Shown here in pieces: positions 26,601 to 64,000 of a DNA stretch of 64,000 nt (the stretch's first letter is position 1; each line of letters opens with the position of its first letter). The position numbers and the translations under genes were made by a program. The stretch lies in the NCBI GenBank assembly GCA_030141605.1, contig JAQGDQ010000049.1:771364-835363 (forward strand). The letters are read 5' to 3'. The notes beneath the pieces were generated by a model that was not told the DNA's origin, searched no databases, and was given only the letters and a program-made list of their open reading frames with translations. Source of the stretch: Tubiluchus corallicola (taxonomy: Eukaryota; Animalia; Priapulida).

Positions 26601-28067
26601 ACAAAATTTTATTTTCAGTCAGTTTGTAATGTTAACATAAGACATTAGCTAAACAAGCTATTTGCCGACACTGGATGATATGTACAATGAAATGAGATGA
26701 CAATAGTAATCTGTGAGTCTGTAGTAACTATGAGTTCTAATATATGACACTATTTCAAACCTTCTTTCATAATTGTCTTTGTTTTTACCACTTTTGGTAT
26801 TCAGCAATAGATGAAGTGCTGTTGATTACTCTTCACAAGCTGGATATTTGATGTGTATTTATTATAAATTAGGTTTATTGGATGTTATAATTTATAATGC
26901 CTATAATTGTGATGAAGCTTACATTATATCTGATGTAAGATAGTGGCCTAAGCTATGGAACAATAATGACTGACGTCATGGTAAATATTATATCGAGACC
27001 TGGAGTGGCTGACATCATGGAGACAAGATGATGGCAAAGCAGAAATGCGAGGAGTTTGGCTCTGAGATTTCGAGTTGAATGGATGTTTTGAGCTGAGTGG
27101 AAGAGTTGCTAATGGGCTTCAGCAAACAGCTGGTGAAAAATACTGCCGTAAAACTACTTAATTCTACGTTATAATGCTACTCTATCGAAACGCGTGTTAA
27201 GGTACGTGGTCATGATGATTATGCACTTTATGTTTACTATGCGTTATAACTCTTGTGTATTGTATCCATATGTTCTGATGTCTATATTAAATAACCTTAT
27301 TATTTAAGGTTCGACCCTTAAATTCGGTTTGCAATGTCTTTGTGCTAGCCTTACACGCTATCACATGCATAAAAACCCTTGAAGGAAAAGACTTTATTCT
27401 TCTGTGTCAACAACGTCATTTCAGCAAACCCCCAACAAGAAACTATAATCACCAACTCACACAGCTTCGCACATGGCTCATTATACACGTGCATTTAACC
27501 AAATGTTCATTTCCTAAATATCAATTACAAAGGTCAAACATTATCACATAAAAGCACTTGTGGGAAATGAACAAAAGCTATGTATGTTTTTATTATTATT
27601 TATGTTACGTGGTTATTGTTTAGCTTTTTAACATTTCATTGCCAAATGCAAGCTCTGCGTAATTTAAGATAGCATTAAAGTTGTACAAAATTTCAAATTG
27701 TATTTTTAAATTTTATAAAATTTTTACGAAACCTGTTTTCTTGTCCTTTAAAAAACCACAATAAGAGAAAGCACGAGTTCTCGAGAAAAGGACGTACCCA
27801 AAGTTCCAGACTTCACACACGATTTCCCGTATTGAAAAAACTACATTTTCACCTGTTCCACGTGAGAGAAATTGCGCAAATTTATTACAAAAGTTCTAAA
27901 ACTTAGTAAAAGCTATTTTCTGCACATTTAGGTTTGCAATATCTGTTTACCTCTTTTCGCTAAGGAAACAAATCATCATGACCTTGAAATGAGGATTTTT
28001 TGCGCACTTCAAGTTTATGTGCTTTTCTAAGCGCATGAATTAATGAATGCGCTTCTGTTCAACACTA

Positions 28068-28222
28068 CGTATACCCTACTATACCGCGCTTACTTTCCCC
28101 GTATACCGCGACTTGCCGCACACCGCCTAACCATGTACCGCCTTGGCTTGTACCATCTCAGTGTATACCATAACGCAATGTGCCGCCTAACTGTCTATCA
28201 CGTTGAGATGTACCGTGATACA
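28068..28222. repeat. Degenerate ~15-bp tandem repeat (TACCG-core units) next to a transposon-like end
   Basis: Units such as caccgcctaaccatg/taccgccttggcttg/taccatctcagtgta/tgccgcctaactgtc; followed by TAGGGATG and (A)CCGAAA motifs recurring at 28245-28320 and 28890-28970. Confidence 0.55.
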
Positions 28223-30771
28223 GTCGTGAGACCTGGTTCTGGAGTTAGGGATGTTACCGAAACTGAATTTACAAACCGAAATTAAAGAAACATAACAAAA
28301 CGAAACCGAACTGAAATATTTTTGCAAAACAACTACTACTAAAACTGCAAAATGAGAATTCTAAAATAAGTAAAATATTTTGTTTTTGTTTGTTTGCTTT
28401 TATTTGCTGTGATGCAAAATTACTGATAAAAAATTCTACTACATAAAGGACAAGAAAGTTTTATAGTGTAGAACCTCGAGTTTGATGGAATGGCTTACCT
28501 TGGAAAATGTGTTATAATGTTTTTGGGTTTAAGTTTCCTCAATGATTAATGTTTAAAGACCATAACGCTTCATTAAAAATAAACTTATTTTGTAGATATT
28601 TTGTTGCCTATATTTCATAAATTATAAAATTAAACGTGATTTTGCTCAAATAAATTCAAATGTGGTTTGATGTTTCGGTTGACTGGGCCTAGAAACTCTA
28701 AAACTCCACAATCGTCAGCACTGAAGATATGCCGCATTGCTGGTAAAAGCATGTCACAAACTGTTATGTAAATGAAATTTTTCGCTTTATTTAAACTAAT
28801 TTAGCCAAGGCTTTTCAGTAGTTTTTGACATCTAGGAGAAAACAAAAGGTAAATTGGATAAATACTAGTAAAACCTAGGAAAAATGCTACTGAAAATAAC
28901 CGAAATTTCGGCTACGAAATTTAGTAAATTTTGCCGAAACCGAAAGTACAATTATTGGCCAACCGAAAGAAAAATTTCTTTTCAATAATATTCTTGGCTG
29001 GAGTATATGGTGTGAGGCATACAAAGTTATGTCTGTATAGTGAATTGGAGCCTGCTGGTATTGTAACAAGGTGGCAGCACATGGGAATGTCAAGTTTATC
29101 TTCTCTGTTTATTATCAGTTAATTATCAAACCCTGGACAGCTGTAAATTCACATGGCAAAATTTCATATATTATTCTCTTTCAGTGCATCTAACTTGACA
29201 AAAATGCAGAATTGATCAAAGCTTGCTTGAACTTTGGTGTAACCATTAAAGTTAAATTTATTAATGTTCACATCACTTTAGGTTATGTACTTACAACACA
29301 TAAGACTTCAACAATATTATGTGGCCACATTCTCGGGATAACACACGCAGTTAATGGTACAATGACTTACTCGAAAAGCTTTTTCATGATTTTCGATCAT
29401 TTTCGACATTGCGACTAGTAAATCAAAGCTGTGAACATTCTTTGCGCCGCTAATGTACATGTGCAGCACTTGACAACTGCTGGCAACATTCTCTATCAAT
29501 CCGAAGATCTCTCACATCTAGCGCTATACATACCATATTGGGTATTCGGCTAGCATGGCGATTTTACCTCTCTGCGGTCTACCCTCTATAGGTATAAAGT
29601 AATCAATTAAAATGTCACTTTTGCATGTTAACACTTCCTCCTACTAACCTAAGGATGACTAAGACTGGTACAATTCATGCGTCCAGCTGTAAACCATCAG
29701 ATTCCTTTAATAAGTTTCACAAGACTAAATCTAATAAGTTTCGCATTAATAAGTTTAATAATAGCTTAATATGTTTCATGTGAATAATAATCATAATGTT
29801 TTATTTTGTTCCTGCGGTTAAATTCTGTTGTTGTTAGGATTTGGTAGATATGCTGGCATACCATGATATAGTAAACTGACCTAAGAAGGCTGCAGTGAAG
29901 ATTCTATTGGTAAATGTGAGGGATGTAAAACTAAGCAGAATATAGATGTGGCAAAATGTGAAGTATCAGAAATTGTTTAAGAACGTCTCTGAATCTGGAT
30001 TTTACAATTTTAAATGTTCTGCAAAGGTCGAGTAGCTTGCATAGGTATTGTAAGATTTGCAAAATCGAAGTAGTTTAAGTTGACTGTCATGAAAGATGAT
30101 GGGGCTAGTGTGCAAATTGAAATAAAGGTCCAAAGCTGCTCACTAATCAGATTACTGAGAAAGTAGAAGTTACAATTAGATATGGCAACAAAATCTTGAA
30201 AAAATCAAATGCAGATACCAGCAAAGGTATCTAAGAAGTAGTCAGTAGGGTTACCAATGTTAAAAGCAAGTGTAGGTGGTAGTGTTTGTAATAAAAATGT
30301 TGTAAGGTCAGTTGTAAAACCCATTTTAGAATGTTTTTGTTACAACCAAATGGCTAAATCCAGTGGCTATACATATATAGACATATCTATTTTTGAAATA
30401 TTGGAGATTGTATTGTTACATTATATTAGAGATTTAACATTTCTATAAGCTAGTATCAGCATTATATATGACTTGTGAAGAATCAGCAGCATATTTGAAT
30501 CTATGTGAGTTAATTCTGTTCTTGTGAATTATGGACCACAGTTGTTTCCTGGTGATTTTATTAGTCTTGTTATTATGCTGAATATACTCAACGGACTGAT
30601 CAATGTTTACCCGCAAGGTACGTTTTTAGTCTGTCTGATTGTAAGTGACTGTTTTCTGGAGTCAAACTGATATTTTTTACATTATTCTTTCCTAGGTGCA
30701 GAGCTGTACACTTTTTATCTGAAGCAGCATTTGCCTATTTTTTGACGTTACATCATCATAGTGCCCACATC

Positions 30772-57653
<26,882 letters not shown>

Positions 57654-58478
57654 TATCTCCAAAGCCATTTATACATTGCAATTTATGTTCCTTTATTTTC
57701 GTGGGGTAAAAACGAGGAATTGCTTTCGTTATGTCGTGAGCAAGAAAGGGATTGTGTGTAGTTATGGTGTGTAGGTTTGCACACCAAAGCATGTTATGTA
57801 TATATAAGTGTAACACTTTGAACCCGGTACAGATTGGTAATTAGATAACCCTCATAATAACTGAGTTCTCTTAGAAGTAAACTGGAAGTGTCACGTGATC
57901 GATCCAAAAATATACATAAAAGTAATGAAATAGATAGTTACTGTGGAAAACCAGTGATCCACAAGCTACTTATGTTGGTCCATACTGTACTTTTTTAATC
58001 TAATAAATTTGGTCATTTTTGACACTTTTGCTTTATCTCTATGCTGTAATGTTGACATTTGTATTAGCAACTATACTAAATAAGCTAGGTTGCGTATATA
58101 AGCATGTTCTCTTTCATAAGGCTTATTCTTCTCACAGTGAGGTATAGTGGCGGGCATAAGCGAGGTAAAATAACGTTAGAGTTTCAAGTTTCAGATAGTG
58201 AATTTTATGAAAGGACCAGGAATAATGATTGATTATTTATAACAGCCATGGCTGTGGCATACAACTTGAAGTTAATTTTGTCTTGGCTCTAGTAGTTTTG
58301 CCTTGTATCAGCTATCACTTAACATAACGGCATGTTTTACACTAATGTTGACTATACTGTACTTGCATGGTTAGCACAGATAGTACCAGCTTGTGATTCA
58401 TTTTGTTATCAGTTGGTCAGAGTCCAACCTGTTATCTATTGTAGTTAAATGGTTTGCATACGTGTTCATGTTATGTTC

Positions 58479-58663
58479 AGATAACATCATGTACATGCAA
58501 GCCTACATTTATAGTTATGATTCATAATGACTTCACTCATTTGTATGCAGTTGTCATGCTTAAACAATGTAGATAACATCAGGTACATGCCAGCCTTCAT
58601 ATATAGTTATGATTTATAATGACTTCACTCATTTGTATGCAATTGTCATGCTTAAACAATGTA
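58479..58663. repeat. About 92-bp tandem duplication
   Basis: agataacatca(t/g)gtacatgc...tgtcatgcttaaacaatgt twice. Confidence 0.9.
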
Positions 58664-59798
58664 GTTCCTGGTATGACTGACACCTGATGAATGGAGTAAC
58701 AAAATTTCAAAAATTAAAGATAATTATCTAATACAATTTTTGACTTTAAGTAAAAGAAATATTGTTTTCCTAATCCTACCTTTTTGTATTTTTATTTGTG
58801 ATGTGATGGTAGCTTATACGTTAAAGAGTTTTATTAAGCATTATTAAGCAGGTTAAGGGGACAACAGAGAATAAAAATAGCTGCATAAAATTTTTGCTAC
58901 AATCTCCAAGTCAGTTGGTAGTTGTAGTTTTAAGTACAATGAAATGTTAACTAAATATACATATGTAACTCCGATGAAGCAAAATGAAGATGGTTTTCTT
59001 CAGCAAGTTCTACAGGTGTGCTATAATAAAGCCAATATTTTGTTGAAATCAATGCAGTTTTTTCAATTTTAAAGTTTTTTACGCTTTTCTGTTGATGTAA
59101 TTTTTCATTTTCTTCACTGCTAACAGTTATAGCACAGTAGCCACATGATAATCACACTGGAAAGTCTTCGAAATGTTTGCTGAAATTATGGAGAAAACTT
59201 AGTGCTGTATTTGGTTGAATCCTGAATTTGTTAGATCAGCTATAAGAGATGAACTTAGACATGGTAGTCTAAGGTATGCCCAATGTAAGCAGAAGGTCAC
59301 TGGTTCAAAACCAGGCCGCATCCCACACACCTTTTTCACATTCCTTGTCTTTCCGGTTTGGTTTCAAAATTTGATTAAACACAGGCTTGTAACATCATTT
59401 TGCAGAAAAGGTTATTATAAGTTTTATTTGCCAATGTAACTCACTTTTGTGATCTGATATTTGACATCAAAGTCCTTCAGAAAGATAGAAAAACTCATGT
59501 GGGATGTTAATATTTTCTGTTAAAAAAATTAAAAATCAAATTCCATCTATTCAAGTAGTTTTTTACCATGCTGCTCAAGCTCAAATATGTCTTATACATT
59601 CACATTATGTTATAGTGATTTGTTTGTTGGTTAACATTTTATTTCAACATCGTTTACTTTGCTGCAATATTTACTTAAAACCTTGCTTTGTGTAATCTTT
59701 AGAGGAACTTTGACCATTCACCATTAGGCAAATATATCTAATGCCTGTTGGTACTTGAGTCAGCCATTAACTGCTGATTTGCTAAGTGAAAACTGAAA

Positions 59799-62469
59799 AT
59801 GGTTTCTTCAAATCATTTTTGTGCCTTGGTGTTAGTTTTGTCGTGTGCGGTCAGTGTGATAGTTACCCAAGGACCGCCCACCCCTGCTGGCTGTCCTCCT
59901 CCAGTGACAATTGCTCCGTGCAATTGTTCAGAAGGTCCAACAATCTACTGTGCAAGAGTGAATGCTTCAGTTTTTAAAGTGCTTGCTAATGTTAATTCCA
60001 GCCTGCAAGGTCTGATTATTAGTGAGTATTCGGATCCTTGCATTCCGGACTACGCATTTGATGGACTCAATACAACGTACCTCAAGATTATTCACAGTTC
60101 AAATTTGACAATGCTAAGCAATGAAACATTTGAAGGAGTTAAACATGTTGGTGACTTGGGTTTCTACCAAACAAATTTGAGCAGAATTCCAGATCATACT
60201 TTCTCGCCTCTTACAACATTAGAGAACATGACGATGTTTAGGTGCAATTTAACAGAACTCTCTGATTTCATTTTTGGTGGACTGTATAGTATGTCTCGCT
60301 TGACCGTGAGTCAGTGCAATCTGCATAAATTAAACCCAGATACATTTTCGTTGCCACCTTTGGAAGTTCTTGACCTTAGTTTCAATGCCATTAAGGACAT
60401 AGCTCACGTGTTCTCAGGATTAGATAGGCTTGAAGTTCTCATCTTGCAGAAAAATAACATAACCAATTCATCCTTGGCTTTTGCTGATCTTGACAATCTG
60501 GAATATCTGGATCTCAGCAAAAACTTGTTGAACGTCATAGATGAAGACTTCTTCGCTGGGCTTTATTCCTTGAAGACGCTGATTCTGACTCAGAATGAGA
60601 TTGTCAACATTGCAGATGGTGCTATGGCTGACTTAGTCAACTTGAAAGGAATGTTTCTGGAAGCAAATAAAATTGTTAAGCTGAAAGCAGACACATTTCA
60701 GCCGCTCACTAACCTCACTACTGCTTTGCTTAATCATAATAACATTAGCAATATAGAAGATGGAACTTTCCAGACCTGTAGCTTGCTACACCACCTTGAT
60801 TTGTCATTGAATAATTTGACGATTTTGAACGATGGCACCTTCTTTGGTTTGACCAACTTGACTTTTCTCGATTTATCCTTCAATCACTTTCAGAAAATGC
60901 TTAACGACACCGTATTCTTGCCACTAGAAAATCTTGTTAAACTGAATTTAAGTTATTCAAATCTGTCCGACATTGCTGACGGCACATTGCAACCTTTAAC
61001 TGAGCTGGAACAGTTATATTTGTCTGGTAATAACATCAGTAAAGTTGTTGATAACCTGTTGGTATTTGCTGGTCTGGATAAACTGCAGTTGCTAGAAATT
61101 GAAAAATGCAGTCTTAATAAGGTGCCAATGGGTCTGTTACACCTCCCCGGTTTAAGGGAGCTTGATATAGGTTACAACAAGATAAACTCGATAGAAAGAT
61201 CAAGTTTTGAAAACAATACGGAACTGTTTGTTTTGAATGTGCAGCATAATGAGATACGCAAAATTCATCCTCAATCATTTTCCACCCTGCTTAAGTTGGA
61301 CAGTCTAGATGCGTCTTTCAATAACATTTCTCAAATTGATCAATGGTTTGGAAACAACACCCTGCAGTTTTTGAACCTGGCTTTTAACAAGATCAGCAAC
61401 ATGTCTGCCGGTGGAGTGGCTACGTTGTCACACCTAAAGATCCTGGATCTTCAACATAACCTGTTCAGGAATATCAGCAATGATACGTTGAGTCTACCAG
61501 CTAACTTGATTGAGCTCAATTTAGCGCACAATAATATTTGTGATGTGGAGAGCAGTACTTTTGTGAATGCATCCACATTGCAATTCCTTTACCTTAGAAG
61601 CAATAATCTAACCTTTATTAAACCGGCTACATTTGTCAAGCTTGTCCATTCCCGAGCAATTGACCTTTCGTATAACAATATTTCTGAAGTTCATTCAAAT
61701 GCCCTTGATCCTGGGATCAACACTAGTGCTCTGCATTTTGTTCTGAGTGGTAAGTGATTGTAAAATCAATTCTTAATAATTTAGCATGTTTATACTATTA
61801 TATGCTACTTAAAAGATTCATTGAGTTGTATTTTTCTTAAGTGACAATGTCTACCAATTTTAAATGTTTATATAATGAAACTGTGTTGTTATAAAGCTTA
61901 GTACGGAGTCGAAACTAAGATTTACTGTGTCTCGTATGGAATCTGATGTAAACTAAAGAAAGCAGTTACAACTTTACAAAAAACCATATAAGAAAGCAGA
62001 CTGTCAAGAAACAATTTTGTAAATTTATAATTTGTCATAAAGCTTTCTGTAGACATATTATGTTGGATACTCACCACAGGCATATAAGATAAGCATTACT
62101 ACTGATGCTTTTGGCCTGCTATTGACTTCACACAATTATTAATATTTATAGGCAATCCACTTCACTGTGATTGTTGTTTGAAATGGATAAGTGAAACAAA
62201 ATGGTCAAACCACAGTGCAAACGAGCTGGGTGTTTGCGCTCGACCACCACACCTACACGGCAAGCCGGTCTACAACGTTTCAGCACCCCAGTTTGTGTGC
62301 CCACATAGTCGTACTTGTATGGAGTTGTTCAACTGGACCTGCGGTAGAGGCAATGGGAGCTGGGAGTATACAACAGTTCCACCAACACTTACAACCTCAA
62401 GACCACCAACACTTACAACCCCGAGACCAACCAAACCACCGATCAATAATTATTACTATTATTACTATG
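59799..62469 (+). CDS. Secreted/cell-surface leucine-rich repeat protein (signal peptide, LRRNT, roughly 20 LRRs, LRRCT, Pro/Thr stalk); 3' end unresolved
   Basis: Exon 59799-61749: hydrophobic N-terminus, CPPPVTIAPCNC cap, repeated LxxLxLxxNxL; donor G|GTAAGT. Exon 62152-62469: GNPLHCDCCLKW...CARPPHLHGK...FVC (LRRCT), PPTLTT repeats, poly-Tyr, then donor G|GTAAGA. Confidence 0.88.
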
Positions 62470-62599
62470 GTAAGAATCATTTTCTGGCTCTGGCTTATGT
62501 AGCTGATCTAGTGTCACTGGTGTCCAAAAAACATGCAAGGTTTTTTAGGCACACTACTACGTACACCACAGATTTAACTACCACGCACAGAGAAGAAGA

Positions 62600-62847
<248 letters not shown>

Positions 62848-63651
62848 TTGAACTATATTTTAAAAGTTACCAATTTGTAAAACATGGCACCCATTGTTTG
62901 CAGTACAACAACGAATTTGTATTGCAACATAGCACCCATTGTTGTGTCCCCTTTTGCATAAGGCTAACTATCTCTCTCTATTAAGCAAGGGTGACATCTA
63001 ACTCAATGACATACACAGTTCTCAGACGTTTTGTTTCTTTGCCTTACAAATTCCTACTTTTTGTTGTTGCTTCAAGAGCAGGTTTAATTGACAGAAACCT
63101 TGTTTCGTTTTATTTATTATAGTTTATGGTTTGTCTTGGTGCGTTACCCCTCATTTTTAATTTACTCCTTTTGTAACTCCAGTGCAGCTCTATTCGATAG
63201 ATAGTATTCGCTGATGTATGCTTCATAATAATTGCATATCCAAGATGTGCATAAAATATAAACTTTTATATTTAATGGTGAATTCTCTCTTTTATATCAT
63301 GCATCGCCATTTTTAGGTCTCTTCCTCTGTCTTCCCTCTCTCTCTCTTTCTGTCTCCCTCCTTCCCCCTTTGTCTCTCTCTCTCTCTTTATCATTATTCC
63401 ACTTAGAGAGTTCATGCCTCTGCAATACATTACATGTCAAGTTGATTGGCCTCAATAACATTTTTGCTTTATAATTATCATTAACGATATTCTAATATAC
63501 TGTAACAGTATGACTATGATTGTCTATATTGTATGCTAAAATTTTATTTTCATTTGTGTTACTACTATGCTGTATCATGTATCAAGTAAATTATTACCTT
63601 GCTTACACTATAGTTTAACTCATAATTACTATTTGTATATTTTCACTTTTC

Positions 63652-64000
63652 AGTGAAGGATCATCCGCATTACCTAGACTGGTGCCCAAGTGTCTCGTGT
63701 CCAAGTGTCCCTGTGCCCAGTGTCCCTGTGCCCAAATGTCATATAAAGCTTGTAATCATAGATTGGTGAAAATTTTAATGGGTTGGTGAGGGTCTGTAGA
63801 TGATATAACCTATGATATGCTCCTACCATATCTCAGCATCTCAAAAGAAAGTTCTTTGTGAAAAGGTTGTGAAATTCACTTACCTGTTTAGCTTACGTTT
63901 CATTCGAACAGCGATGACTGTAACGACAATTAGTAAAATCACGGCAACGGCCATTAAGGAAAAAGCCATCCAGTCTAGGTAATGCGGATGATCCTTCACT
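63652..64000. mobile_element. MITE with perfect >=31-bp terminal inverted repeats and internal ~14-15-bp tandem repeats
   Basis: AGTGAAGGATCATCCGCATTACCTAGACTGG (63652-63682) is the exact reverse complement of 63970-64000; gtgcccaagtgtc-type units at 63682-63740. Right end may extend past the window. Confidence 0.85.

Noticed and set aside
26930-27320. Possible solo LTR
   Set aside because: No clear TG...CA boundaries with target duplication and no second copy in the window.
28068-28222. Periodic repeats as a CRISPR-like array
   Set aside because: Eukaryotic context, degenerate contiguous ~15-bp units, no repeat-spacer structure or cas genes.

Overview
AT-rich, intron-dense animal (invertebrate-type) genomic DNA, not prokaryotic. 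Most ORF-track entries are exon fragments or noise. By reading splice sites by hand I reconstructed five protein-coding genes: RMC1/C18orf8 (- strand, 11 exons in window, 3' end runs off the left edge), RPL9 (+, complete), MRPL28 (-, complete, tail-to-tail with RPL9), cytosolic leucyl-tRNA synthetase LARS1 (+, 29 coding exons, about 1179 aa) and a secreted/cell-surface LRR protein (+, 3' end unresolved). Introns carry LINE relics (CR1-, RTE-, L2-like), tRNA-derived SINE-like pieces, several MITEs, local duplications and microsatellites. Most notable: (1) an inverted pair of minimal Penelope-type hammerhead ribozyme motifs in the last LARS1 intron; (2) a clear U12-type (minor spliceosome) intron in RMC1; (3) a GC-AG intron and an out-of-frame upstream ATG next to the 5'TOP tract of RPL9; (4) a run of three translation genes with nearly abutting RPL9/MRPL28 3' ends; (5) an LRR protein with the whole LRR array on one exon. 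Gene identities come from my recall of homologous proteins; no database searches were run.
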